Of a DNA stretch of 64,000 nt, positions 18,888 to 27,885 are shown piece after piece. The first letter of the stretch is position 1. Each line of letters begins with the position of its first letter. The stretch covers positions 704,001-768,000 of the forward strand of contig OY970195.1 of NCBI GenBank assembly GCA_963708185.1, in the 5' to 3' direction. The notes beneath the pieces were generated by a model, which ran no database searches, was not told the origin of the DNA, and saw only the letters and a program-made list of their open reading frames with translations. Position numbers and translations under genes: made by a program. The DNA is from Candidatus Peregrinibacteria bacterium (lineage in GTDB: Bacteria > Patescibacteriota > Gracilibacteria > UBA1369).

Positions 18888-19082
18888 AGGGCTTTGTTAG
18901 TTATCGCTTTTGGGCAAACTGCATCAACTGCCCAGCTCTCCATAAGCATGGGCAGATGAGGCAGAAAAATTGTCGCATTCTTTGTTCCGCCTCCGGCGGA
19001 ATGGAAATTTGGAATTTTCACCGAAGGTGAAAGGCAAAAAATCGGCTGTTCCGCGTTAGCGGAACTTTGCGCTCCGTGCAAA

Positions 19083-19389
19083 CGAACTTCCGGATCGCGG
19101 GGCAGAAAGTGGCTTTGGAATTGCAAAATCCGTGGCGCGATTGCGCCGATAAAACGCGATTTTCCGTTTGGAGCTGCCTTTACCGTCAGGTTCGGACTTA
19201 TTTTGAAGAAAATTCCGAAAAATAACAACCAAGACTTCATATGAAGTCTTGGGCCGCGCCGCCCGCGGCCTTTCGGGCGGCGCGGATACGGACGTGGAGA
19301 AAATTTTAAGCTGAAAAGGGCTGGCAGGCAAAAATTCCTCCCCCAGACCCCCTCCTTTTTGCCTGCCCGCAGAAGCACCGAATCTTTTT
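19083..19389 (-). repeat. Internal inverted attP-like junction (right arm + GCTCCA + left arm)
   Basis: 19169-19389 is the inverted copy of 24619-24839. 19083-19174 is the inverted copy of 17430-17521. They share the core TGGAGC at 19169-19174. Confidence 0.9.
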
Positions 19390-19435
19390 TCTTCAGTATA
19401 TTTCTAAACATAACTTAAGAAGCATAAACACTTAC

Positions 19436-19449
19436 GCTAACTATAGTAT
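19436..19449 (+). promoter_or_regulatory. Putative C-protein operator (C-box)
   Basis: GCTAACTATAGTAT upstream of the HTH gene. A 13/14 match lies at 21357-21370, upstream of dcm. Confidence 0.55.
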
Positions 19450-19490
19450 GTAGCATTAAAGTTAGCAATTGATTTATATTTCCAGTGTTT

Positions 19491-19706
19491 ATGAAGCGCA
19501 ATATTTTAATTAAATTTGGCAAAAAAGTCCGTGATGAACGGATTAAGCTTAATCTGTCACAGGAAGCATTAGCTTCTCGTGCGGGTGTTCACAGAACTTA
19601 TATCGGAATGATTGAAAGGGCCGAAAAGAATATTACTTTGGAAAACATTGGAAAAATTGCCAAAGCTCTTGATCTGAACATCGGGGACTTATTAGCCGAT
19701 TTTTAA
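19491..19706 (+). CDS. XRE-family HTH, probable RM controller (C protein)
   Basis: LSQEALASRAGVHRTYIGMIERAEKNITLENI. Directly precedes an HNH nuclease. Confidence 0.85.
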   Translation: MKRNILIKFGKKVRDERIKLNLSQEALASRAGVHRTYIGMIERAEKNITLENIGKIAKALDLNIGDLLADF

Positions 19707-19708
19707 TT

Positions 19709-20311
19709 ATGCTGAAAAAACCTAAAAAACTTATAACTGCAAAGGGCGGAGTATGGCAAAAATTGCTTGACGTTCTTTATGCCAATTTTGGAGAAATTGT
19801 AGACAATGCAACTCTTATTAAAGTTTCTGGCCAGCACAACTACGCGCGCCGCATAAGAGAGCTGCGCGCCGAGGGTTGGGCCATTGTTTACAGCCCAAGT
19901 CCAAGCGGCTATATACTGAATTCCACTGAAAAAGTGACATTAAGCGCAGATAAATACATTAACCTGAAATTGAGGCAAAAAATACTTGAGAGGGATCGCT
20001 ATACCTGTCAGCTTTGTGGCTCTACGACCGTAGGACACTATGATGCCAACGTGAAATTAGAAGTGGATCATATAATACCTCTGAAACAAGGCGGTAGAAC
20101 TCTGGAAGAGAATTTATGGACTCTTTGCAGTCGCTGTAACGCAGGGAAAAAGTCATTATTAGCTTATCCGGAAACAGTCAAAAATCGGATAATTACAATA
20201 AATTTACCCGAAGACCTGCGACAAGCATTAAGCGGCTTGGCCTTGAAGCGCGGAGAGACCGTAAACAACCTCATTTTGCAGGCTCTTAGATACGGGATTA
20301 AGAAGTTGTAA
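19709..20311 (+). CDS. HNH endonuclease (putative restriction enzyme) with N-terminal HTH-like and C-terminal RHH-like segments
   Basis: CQLCG...LEVDHIIP...GG...NLWTLCSRCN. Adjacent to dcm and vsr. Confidence 0.8.
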   Translation: MLKKPKKLITAKGGVWQKLLDVLYANFGEIVDNATLIKVSGQHNYARRIRELRAEGWAIVYSPSPSGYILNSTEKVTLSADKYINLKLRQKILERDRYTCQLCGSTTVGHYDANVKLEVDHIIPLKQGGRTLEENLWTLCSRCNAGKKSLLAYPETVKNRIITINLPEDLRQALSGLALKRGETVNNLILQALRYGIKKL

Positions 20312-21334
20312 CAGTTCTTTCCCGATTGAAAAACCCAACCGACAAGGTACGGCATTGCCGATTTGTTTTGCGACTTGCACGTTGGAACCGATAAAGACAT
20401 AGTCGTCGGGGAAAGTCTGCAATCGCGCAGCTTCCCTTATCGTAATGGGTCTATGCGCTTTAGGATGCAAATATCTGCCTTTTTCCGGCTTGAAAAATTC
20501 GGTTCTTATCGTCAAAGAAGGTTTATCCCATTCCAGTCTGCCGAAAACATCAGTTGATCCCGTTGTTTTTCTTATCCAGCATTCCGGCGTTAATTCTTTC
20601 GGCAAATTAAACCGGTTTCCACCCGGGGGAATGGTTTTATAGCGCTTAAGCGAAGTCGGCGTCGGATTACGCCCAATGTGCCAATTCTTACCGTTGGGTT
20701 TCAAAGGTAAATCCCCAATTGCATCTCTCACGGTTTTCCAGGGCGTCAAATCGGCGTTAAACAAATTATATTGGTTCGGAGCAACGTGCGTAGGATTGGG
20801 ATGCTTGGGCGTTCCAATGCGACTCCCAATTATGATTGCGCGTTTTCTTTTTTGCGGCACGCCGTAATTAACAGCGGGCAAAACAGCATCTTTCACTTCA
20901 TAACCCAGGTCTGCCGCAATTCGCTTAATACTTATAAATTCCTCACTGGTAAGAAGTTGCGGTACATTTTCCATTAAAAACATTTTGGGCTTAAAAAAAG
21001 CCACAAAACGCATGTATTCTCTCCAAAGTTGATTCCGCGGATCATCCTTTAAGCGCTTCCCAAGCTGACTGAACCCCTGGCACGGCGGGCCGCCTGCAAT
21101 CAAATCAACTTCATCCTCCCCAATCTTTTCGGCAAATTCAGTTAAGTTTATTTCCGTAATGTCGCCTTCGTGCACAGCAATGTCTTTGTGATTTGCTCTT
21201 AAAGTTTCACAGCTCCAATGATCCCAGTCCGTGGCTGCAATCAATTTGAATCCTGCCTGTTCCAAGCCGATGGACAACCCACCGGCCCCGGCAAACAAGT
21301 CAATAAATACGGGTTTTCTTTTATTTTTTTTCAT
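20228..21334 (-). CDS. dcm: C5 cytosine DNA methyltransferase
   Basis: DLFAGAGG, GGPPCQGFS, ENV, QKRKR and QIGNAV motifs. Confidence 0.95.
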   Translation of the reverse strand: MKKNKRKPVFIDLFAGAGGLSIGLEQAGFKLIAATDWDHWSCETLRANHKDIAVHEGDITEINLTEFAEKIGEDEVDLIAGGPPCQGFSQLGKRLKDDPRNQLWREYMRFVAFFKPKMFLMENVPQLLTSEEFISIKRIAADLGYEVKDAVLPAVNYGVPQKRKRAIIIGSRIGTPKHPNPTHVAPNQYNLFNADLTPWKTVRDAIGDLPLKPNGKNWHIGRNPTPTSLKRYKTIPPGGNRFNLPKELTPECWIRKTTGSTDVFGRLEWDKPSLTIRTEFFKPEKGRYLHPKAHRPITIREAARLQTFPDDYVFIGSNVQVAKQIGNAVPCRLGFSIGKELLQLLNPVSKSLQNEVVYGLSALQGQAA

Positions 21335-21435
21335 TATATCGGTCTCAGACAATATTGCTAACTCTAGTATACAGAGTGTAATATGTGGGTGCAAACAAAT
21401 TTATGGCGTTAGTTTATGCTCTTATTTAAGTCACA

Positions 21436-21867
21436 ATGGATACATTTACGCCTGAAAAGCGAAGTCAGATCATGAGTAAAATTCGTTCCCGCGATACTTA
21501 TTTTGAAGCATCCTTCTTAAAAATACTTAAAAAAAATATAAGAAATAGATTTGAAACGAATGTTTCCGACATTATGGGCAAACCGGATGTTGTTTTTCGC
21601 CGTTACAAGCTCTGTATTTTCTTGGACAGCGATTTTTGGCACGGCTGGCAATACCCGCGCTGGAAACACCTGCTGAAAACCAGTTTTTGGACGAATAAAA
21701 TCGAAAATAACAGGCGCAGGGATAGGAAAGTCACCTCATATTTGCGAAAAAACGGCTGGACAGTTTTTCGGTTATGGGAGCATGATCTCAGGCGCAATAC
21801 TGATGCACTTATAGGAAAAATCGTTGATTTTCTTGGTCGGACTCGGCGAGGGGTAAAGAAAGATTAG
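21436..21867 (+). CDS. vsr: Very short patch repair endonuclease
   Basis: MDTFTPEKRSQIMSKI, GKPD, DSDFWHG and GWTVFRLWE. Confidence 0.93.
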   Translation: MDTFTPEKRSQIMSKIRSRDTYFEASFLKILKKNIRNRFETNVSDIMGKPDVVFRRYKLCIFLDSDFWHGWQYPRWKHLLKTSFWTNKIENNRRRDRKVTSYLRKNGWTVFRLWEHDLRRNTDALIGKIVDFLGRTRRGVKKD

Positions 21868-23375
21868 AGGTTATTACCCGAATCCGCTTCATTGGAATGC
21901 TTTATTAGTCTACTGTTTTGCATCAATACTTCCTTTAACTTTTTGTTTTCCTCTTCCAGCGCTTTGAGTCTCGGCAGAAAATCAACGCTGAAAACAACAC
22001 CGCCATATTTTTGAGCTACTCCATAGATTAGATCGGTCAGGCCAATAGTAATGTTTGCAACTGTCCATAAGTCTGTTTTCACATAAAGATCATCTTCATA
22101 ATCGAAAAATGGAGTTTCAAACTTTCCGTTCAGGGCATCAAATTTAAAATTTCTGTGTGCATAAACAATATTTGAATGTGCAGATGACCTGTTGATTGAG
22201 CCTTTCATGTTTTTTAAGCCAATTGAGCCAGCTTTAAAATTTTCATCAAGCCAGGCATTTCTCTTTTTTGTAAGATCTTGGGAGGGATCTAGCTGACCTT
22301 GATCGTCTAAATCGGCAAAATCTTCGATTTTTGTGTTTGCAATGGCATAAGCTGCACATGCCCCGGCTTCCAAAACTTGTCTTAAATCCATCATCGCTTG
22401 GACGTGATGGAGCCTCATAACAGAAAAAAAGGCTAACGTATGGTGTTTACGCACCTGGGAGAGAAATGCAGCAAAAATAAAGCGGTCATGATTTACCGAC
22501 TTGATAAAATCCTGTAAAAGGGCATTTGCTTGGGAGGCATTTTCATAATATCGGCCGTATTTTGATGGAGCTACAAATAAAAGATTTTGCTCGCTTTCCA
22601 TAATTTCGCCCATCGTTGAGTGCTTTATTTCAACTTCTTCTGGGAAATTCTTTTTTATCTCCGATACCTGTTTTTGATGCCATTCTTCAATTTCTTTTAA
22701 GCGATAGGGTTCAAAACGTTGTAAATGGTCAATGACAGTTGAAGTATCCTCTTTGCAGGTTTCACGTAAAGGATCGAAGCCCCATGTTTCTTCCATAGCT
22801 GCGCCGCAAATTTTTTGCATAATCTCTTCCACAATTTTAAAAAGTTCCAATATCTCGCCTGAGTTTATTTTAACTTCTTTTTTGTTTATATCGTTATGAG
22901 CAAAATATTGATCTCTCAATGTTTTTAATTTCTCTATGAGAGGTTTGTTTTTCTGAATTTCATCCTCAATCTCTATTAATTGATCGTCAGTTACATCTTT
23001 ATACGCATTTGATAGCTCTTCTACGCCAATTCGATCTTTAAAGTGTTCTTTAAAATCCGCAGCAGTAAGTTTATCCCGGTGAGCCTTAATAAATTCTATT
23101 ATCGTAAAGATCGAAAGAGGACGATCACCTTTATCAAAAAATTTTGCCAGCGTTAGCATCGCGTGGACAAATACTGCCCACTCAATAGGACCAAAAAAAT
23201 GATTGAATTTATTTATAGTTTTTACATTTTCGTCAGCTTTTTCTTTTCCTAAAAGGTTCGGTGCTTTCTCTTCCATCATTGCGTCATAGATTGCAAAGGA
23301 CATATACGCACTGGAAAGTTGATCCATGAGATTTTTTAGATGTTTTACCAAGTCAGCAAAGGGTTTTTCGTCCAT
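21864..23375 (-). CDS. AbiU2-like HEPN protein fused to a second helical (HEPN-like) domain
   Basis: LAKFFD and RDQYFAH (R-x5-H) in the N-terminal half. LRQVLE...SAH in the C-terminal half. Confidence 0.6.
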   Translation of the reverse strand: MDEKPFADLVKHLKNLMDQLSSAYMSFAIYDAMMEEKAPNLLGKEKADENVKTINKFNHFFGPIEWAVFVHAMLTLAKFFDKGDRPLSIFTIIEFIKAHRDKLTAADFKEHFKDRIGVEELSNAYKDVTDDQLIEIEDEIQKNKPLIEKLKTLRDQYFAHNDINKKEVKINSGEILELFKIVEEIMQKICGAAMEETWGFDPLRETCKEDTSTVIDHLQRFEPYRLKEIEEWHQKQVSEIKKNFPEEVEIKHSTMGEIMESEQNLLFVAPSKYGRYYENASQANALLQDFIKSVNHDRFIFAAFLSQVRKHHTLAFFSVMRLHHVQAMMDLRQVLEAGACAAYAIANTKIEDFADLDDQGQLDPSQDLTKKRNAWLDENFKAGSIGLKNMKGSINRSSAHSNIVYAHRNFKFDALNGKFETPFFDYEDDLYVKTDLWTVANITIGLTDLIYGVAQKYGGVVFSVDFLPRLKALEEENKKLKEVLMQNSRLIKHSNEADSGNNL

Positions 23376-23376
23376 A

Positions 23377-24504
23377 TTAAGGTTGAGTTATTAATCGTCT
23401 AAAAAGACCAAATTTTGGACTTGCTTCAGTCATTGGAACAGTTGGGCGCATTTGACTTAAGCTTAAAATTTGGTGTTTAAAGGGGTCAAATGCATGTCCA
23501 CTACCAAAGTCTGGGCGTTTCCATTCCGCAGGAATATCACCTATAACTACATCGAAAACCTCTCTTCCAAAAAAACTTATTCTTGCGACTATCTTTCCAT
23601 CATCTTCTTTAAAGGTTATATAGAAGACAATAAATCTCATTCCCCCTCTTTCTTCCTCCAATATTGGATCGTCTGATATTTTGGTGATAATGCTTTTTAA
23701 TTCAATGTTCTTATCACCAGAAACAAAAGCCTTAATTTTGTCGAAATTTGGCGAGAAGAGTTTGTCCGCTTCTCCACCGGCTTGTGCGGAATATGATAAG
23801 TAATTGAAGGCCATTTTAGCTAGAACGGCCCCAATTTCATGATCTACAGTTATATCTTGGTTAACTTCTAAACCGCGTTTTTCTTCTCTGGCATGTTCAT
23901 TGTGAACCCTCTCGATTTCTTTATATTCAATATCAAACTCTTCTTTGAGCCACTTAATAATTTCATCCAGCCTTGAACTATCCTTTTCGGACTTAGCCTC
24001 AGCAAAAATGGACACACCACTTCTTTCTGCATATTTGTTCTTTATGTCTTCAACAAGCCTTTCGTAGTTTTTATTTTTTTTATTTTGCTTCTTCATAAGG
24101 TCAGGTAAAACCACTGTATAGCCGCCCTGTTTATCGTTTATAACTACCTGATTTGTTGGATAAAATTTTATTTCACCTTTGTCGGCTTTTAAGTTTGGAA
24201 ATTGCCCATTAAAAAGGCCGTTTTCGAGTTTGTACGAAAATGCGTTTTTAACACGATTATTATGTACTCTAATTTTTGGTTTTTCTTCGAGGTTCAACAT
24301 TTGACAAAGTATGCCTGCCGTAGAATCTGCCTTGAATTTTCTCTCCATTTTGCTGAATTTAGCATTACACTCTGCACAAACTATACCAATTAGCACGGGA
24401 TTTACCGGCTGAAATTTTCCAAGGAATCTAGGAATTACATGCTCTCTGTTAAAGTCTTCATCCCTTTGCCCTGTTTTTTTGCAATATACGCACTTGTATT
24501 CCAT
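23377..24504 (-). CDS. HNH endonuclease domain protein
   Basis: CVYC...REHVIPRFLG...VCAECN at the N-terminus, followed by a long unknown C-terminal region. Confidence 0.75.
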   Translation of the reverse strand: MEYKCVYCKKTGQRDEDFNREHVIPRFLGKFQPVNPVLIGIVCAECNAKFSKMERKFKADSTAGILCQMLNLEEKPKIRVHNNRVKNAFSYKLENGLFNGQFPNLKADKGEIKFYPTNQVVINDKQGGYTVVLPDLMKKQNKKNKNYERLVEDIKNKYAERSGVSIFAEAKSEKDSSRLDEIIKWLKEEFDIEYKEIERVHNEHAREEKRGLEVNQDITVDHEIGAVLAKMAFNYLSYSAQAGGEADKLFSPNFDKIKAFVSGDKNIELKSIITKISDDPILEEERGGMRFIVFYITFKEDDGKIVARISFFGREVFDVVIGDIPAEWKRPDFGSGHAFDPFKHQILSLSQMRPTVPMTEASPKFGLFRRLITQP

Positions 24505-24618
24505 ATTTATGCATTTAATGATCATTGCTGGGTTTATGAGCATATGCCATAAGGTCAGCTTTGACTAGCTGAAAAATGTCAGCAAAAGTATTCCAATAAT
24601 ACCAGGGTTTCATCTTAT

Positions 24619-24839
24619 AAAAAGATTCGGTGCTTCTGCGGGCAGGCAAAAAGGAGGGGGTCTGGGGGAGGAATTTTTGCCTGCCAGCCCTTTTCAGCTT
24701 AAAATTTTCTCCACGTCCGTATCCGCGCCGCCCGAAAGGCCGCGGGCGGCGCGGCCCAAGACTTCATATGAAGTCTTGGTTGTTATTTTTCGGAATTTTC
24801 TTCAAAATAAGTCCGAACCTGACGGTAAAGGCAGCTCCA
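24619..24839 (+). repeat. 221-bp right arm ending in attR core GCTCCA
   Basis: Inverted copy of 19169-19389. Contains three hairpins, including the perfect palindrome CCAAGACTTCATATGAAGTCTTGG. Confidence 0.95.
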
Positions 24840-24866
24840 GATACTTGTACGGCCTTAAAGCTGTTT

Positions 24867-25328
24867 TTATGTCGCCTCTTCGGCTTCATGGACGGCATTT
24901 TTGGTTTCTTCTGTTATTTTTTTGACTACCTGGGGTTGATCAATTTCAAGAACATAATGGCAACGTTCAGGGTCGTTCAAGAGTTCCGCCATTTCATCAG
25001 AAAAATTAAAATCCTCATCGAATCTGCCATTGAGCAATTTTACCGGAAACTCATGGGCAGGTTTATCATCTACAAAGAAAATTAAACGTCCTGTTGTTTC
25101 TTTCAGAGGATCATCGGCTTTGATCTGAGATTCTATTACTCTTATCCGTACGTGAATTTTGCTGTCGTACTTATCGGTTATTGCACACACGACTTTCAAA
25201 TCCTTCGTATTGGTTTGTACGGATTCGCCCGGCAAAGGAACACTTATTCCCAACTTATAGAGAGGAATTGAAGCAAGTTTTTCCTTAAAGGACTTATTTT
25301 CCGGTAATTGGGGATTATTTTCCGTCAT
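24867..25328 (-). CDS. Hypothetical protein
   Basis: 153-aa ORF just outside attR. Confidence 0.6.
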   Translation of the reverse strand: MTENNPQLPENKSFKEKLASIPLYKLGISVPLPGESVQTNTKDLKVVCAITDKYDSKIHVRIRVIESQIKADDPLKETTGRLIFFVDDKPAHEFPVKLLNGRFDEDFNFSDEMAELLNDPERCHYVLEIDQPQVVKKITEETKNAVHEAEEAT

Positions 25329-25441
25329 GGTTTTGATGAAATTTCCTCATGAATTATACCATAAATTTTAAATTCTGGCTAATAGAGAGGCTAGAAGGTT
25401 TTATGAGTTTTTTAGGCATCATCTTTCGTAACTATTTTCTT

Positions 25442-25491
25442 TTGACTTCCGGAAGAATGTCTTCTATTATTTAACCAATTGGTTAAATAAT
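25442..25491 (+). promoter_or_regulatory. Promoter with overlapping ArsR-type operator
   Basis: TTGACT-17-TATTAT. The perfect 26-bp palindrome ATTATTTAACCAATTGGTTAAATAAT (25466-25491) overlaps the -10. Confidence 0.8.
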
Positions 25492-25494
25492 TTC

Positions 25495-25818
25495 ATGACT
25501 CAGGCCGCGGAACATCAACTCGATCTTGTCTTTCAGGCACTTGCCCATAGTGTGCGACGCTCACTGTTTCACAGGATACAACGTGAAGAGGTATCCGTGA
25601 TTGAGCTTGCGAAACCTTTTCAAACGTCTCTCGTTGCCATCTCGAAGCATCTGAAAGTTCTGGAGAAAGCGGGACTTATTCAACGGAGAAAGGAAGGACG
25701 CATGTATTATTTCAAGGCCGTCGCTCAACCGATCAACAGCGCTGAACAATGGATCGCCACGCATAAAAAGTTTTGGGATCTTCAGCTCGATGCCCTCGGG
25801 AAACATCTCAACTCCTAA
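25495..25818 (+). CDS. ArsR/SmtB family regulator
   Basis: FQALAHSVRR...ISKHLKVLEKAGLI...EGR. Confidence 0.9.
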   Translation: MTQAAEHQLDLVFQALAHSVRRSLFHRIQREEVSVIELAKPFQTSLVAISKHLKVLEKAGLIQRRKEGRMYYFKAVAQPINSAEQWIATHKKFWDLQLDALGKHLNS

Positions 25819-25841
25819 TTTTATTTTTTTAATTTTATTTT

Positions 25842-26294
25842 ATGGAGAAAAAATCTCTCAAAGTGGTGAAATTTTACAAAGCTTCCCCGGCGAAAGTTTT
25901 TGCCGCCTGGTCAAGCGTTGATGAAATTAAGAAGTGGTTTGCTCCCCAACCGGGCACGACTTTGCCGATTTGTGAAGTGGATTTCAAGGTTGGAGGAAAA
26001 TACCGGATCGGTTTTGCGTCGCCGGACGGTTCGATGAAAAATCCCGACGGATCGACCCCGGTTGCAAGTGGGGAATATAAAGAAATCGTTCCGGATAAAA
26101 CGATAAAGTTTACCTGGCGGTGGGAGGCGTGGCCGATGGAAATGGGGACAACGCTCGTCACGGTTGAACTTGCTGAAAAAGATGGCGGCACGGAGCTGAC
26201 GTTAACTCACGAAGATCTTTCCAATGATGAGTCCGTTCAAAGCCATACTCAGGGCTGGAACGGCTGCCTGGAGAGTCTGGCAAAGAGTCTCTAG
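25842..26294 (+). CDS. SRPBCC/AHSA1 domain protein
   Basis: KVFAAW...WF, DFKVGGKYR, T-LTLTHE and GW...L. Typical partner of ArsR. Confidence 0.9.
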   Translation: MEKKSLKVVKFYKASPAKVFAAWSSVDEIKKWFAPQPGTTLPICEVDFKVGGKYRIGFASPDGSMKNPDGSTPVASGEYKEIVPDKTIKFTWRWEAWPMEMGTTLVTVELAEKDGGTELTLTHEDLSNDESVQSHTQGWNGCLESLAKSL

Positions 26295-26309
26295 TCGTAA
26301 AATGGAAGA

Positions 26310-26340
26310 AAGGCCGTACTTATCACGTGCGGCCTTTTTT
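26310..26340 (+). terminator. Intrinsic terminator
   Basis: AAGGCCGTAC...GTGCGGCCTT followed by T tract. Confidence 0.7.
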
Positions 26341-26402
26341 GAAGGGTTCCTGTGTTTGCCATGCAGATTGATTTTCGTTGGCAAGGAGGAGATAATCCGG
26401 TT

Positions 26403-27167
26403 ATGAATGATCCATCTGAAGAAATTCAACGCGCTGCCACCGCCCACCGAAATCGGATCCGTAAAGAAGCTCAAGAAAAAGCTCACGAGAAGGCTTCCGC
26501 CGCGGATGGCAGTCCGGGGATCCTGCTGCACTCGCTCAGTGACCGTAACGGAGTAGGATTCTGGTTGAGCCATTTCGCTTTAGTCATTGGATGTATCGCA
26601 CTCGGCGGCCTGCCGTTTGTGCTGTTTCCCGGTTTGAGCGAATTGGTCTGGAACAATATGGTCCTTGCGATCGTCTGGTCACTTGCGGTCCTTTTCCTGA
26701 TCGTTGTTGCAGGTGTTTCGCGCGATCGGATTATCGCACGCTATCGTCTTATGCAGCTTCGACGCATCAAGTACGGTTTCAATCTCAAGCGCTATCTTAC
26801 ACTGCTTTCCCAGGCCCGACGCGGTGCGACACATCTGGAGATCAGCATAGAGTTTGACGAGCCGTGGGATAAAACGACGAGCCAAAATGTGCTCGATGCA
26901 GTTCACGAATGGGTTCCTGACATTGAAAAAAATGAATGGAAAAGCGATAAAGAACTGCTGCTCACTTCCAAAATTCTTCCAACAACGTACGAGGCCGAAA
27001 GTGGTGAGTTTGTAGGTTTTGGTGAATTCTTTACAAACCGCAAAATTGACGAATGTTTTGACGGGGTCGTTCGTCACGTCTTCCCACGACTGAACGCTAC
27101 GAACAAGATGACCCTCATCGAGGTTGATATAATTGGGAACATTGTCTCTCCGCATGAAAAACCTTGA
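26403..27167 (+). CDS. Hypothetical membrane protein
   Basis: Two TMs followed by a soluble C-terminal domain. Confidence 0.65.
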   Translation: MNDPSEEIQRAATAHRNRIRKEAQEKAHEKASAADGSPGILLHSLSDRNGVGFWLSHFALVIGCIALGGLPFVLFPGLSELVWNNMVLAIVWSLAVLFLIVVAGVSRDRIIARYRLMQLRRIKYGFNLKRYLTLLSQARRGATHLEISIEFDEPWDKTTSQNVLDAVHEWVPDIEKNEWKSDKELLLTSKILPTTYEAESGEFVGFGEFFTNRKIDECFDGVVRHVFPRLNATNKMTLIEVDIIGNIVSPHEKP

Positions 27168-27822
27168 AACCTCAAAAAAAATCCGTCGTGTTGTTACAAA
27201 ACCAGGCTTGGTCCTCTTGCTTTCAAGTTTTTTGGCGTGCACATGCGTTTTCGCGTCTCCCTTGAATGACGTTTCGGATACCGGGCTGTTTTTTTCACGG
27301 GTCCTCCGGATTGTGGAATCGCTTTTCCAATGGGTTAAAATCCCCGAAGCTTCCGTGCCGTCTTCGTCGGAAATTTCCGATGAGGGTTTGACTGTCGCTC
27401 TCGACGCGGCCACGCAGTTTTCGACGGTTGCGCCGAAAGGTGCGACCAATATCACGTTTAGCTGTTGGAATTTTTCGGTTGGTTCTACCACACACCGCAT
27501 TGAAGCCCTGACGGTCCACCGCACCGGAACCGGTCCGGACAGGGATTTATCGGATCTCTACCTTTATGAGGGATATGACCGGTTGACGCCTGGACGGTCG
27601 GTGAACTCCGAGACACAAACCGTGGAATTCAAAAACATGAACATCAGCATTGAACCCGGCACAATAAGAAGAATCTGCCTTGTGGGCGGATTTTCTCCGA
27701 CGGCCGGCGTTGCCGACCAGCAGGCGTTTGGTTTGTTCTCTTCAGCGGACATTACGACCGACGCGCCCATCGTGCATGGTGATTTTCCGCAAACCGGCAC
27801 GTTGATCACGATCGCCGGGTGA
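27154..27822 (+). CDS. Secreted/anchored beta-rich surface-protein-like hypothetical
   Basis: Hydrophobic N-terminus and a LSDLYLYEG...RLT.GRSVNS beta-sandwich-like region. Confidence 0.6.
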   Translation: MKNLETSKKIRRVVTKPGLVLLLSSFLACTCVFASPLNDVSDTGLFFSRVLRIVESLFQWVKIPEASVPSSSEISDEGLTVALDAATQFSTVAPKGATNITFSCWNFSVGSTTHRIEALTVHRTGTGPDRDLSDLYLYEGYDRLTPGRSVNSETQTVEFKNMNISIEPGTIRRICLVGGFSPTAGVADQQAFGLFSSADITTDAPIVHGDFPQTGTLITIAG

Positions 27823-27885
27823 TAATCCCATTGATCTTTCCCCGCCATGAGCATAGACTCAGGCCCATTTCCATTAACAACCACT

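Larger units (their letters stand above)
17430..24839. mobile_element. Integrative defence island with large serine recombinase
   Basis: Bounded by direct GCTCCA cores (tRNA 3' end 17430-17435, and 24834-24839). Recombinase at the left end, AT-rich RM/HEPN/HNH cargo. Confidence 0.85.

Noticed and set aside
18884-25085. ORFs 18884-19411(-), 19056-19331(-), 24630-25085(+) and 24677-24925(+) with identical peptide segments
   Set aside because: These are translations of the hairpin-rich att-arm repeats, not credible genes.
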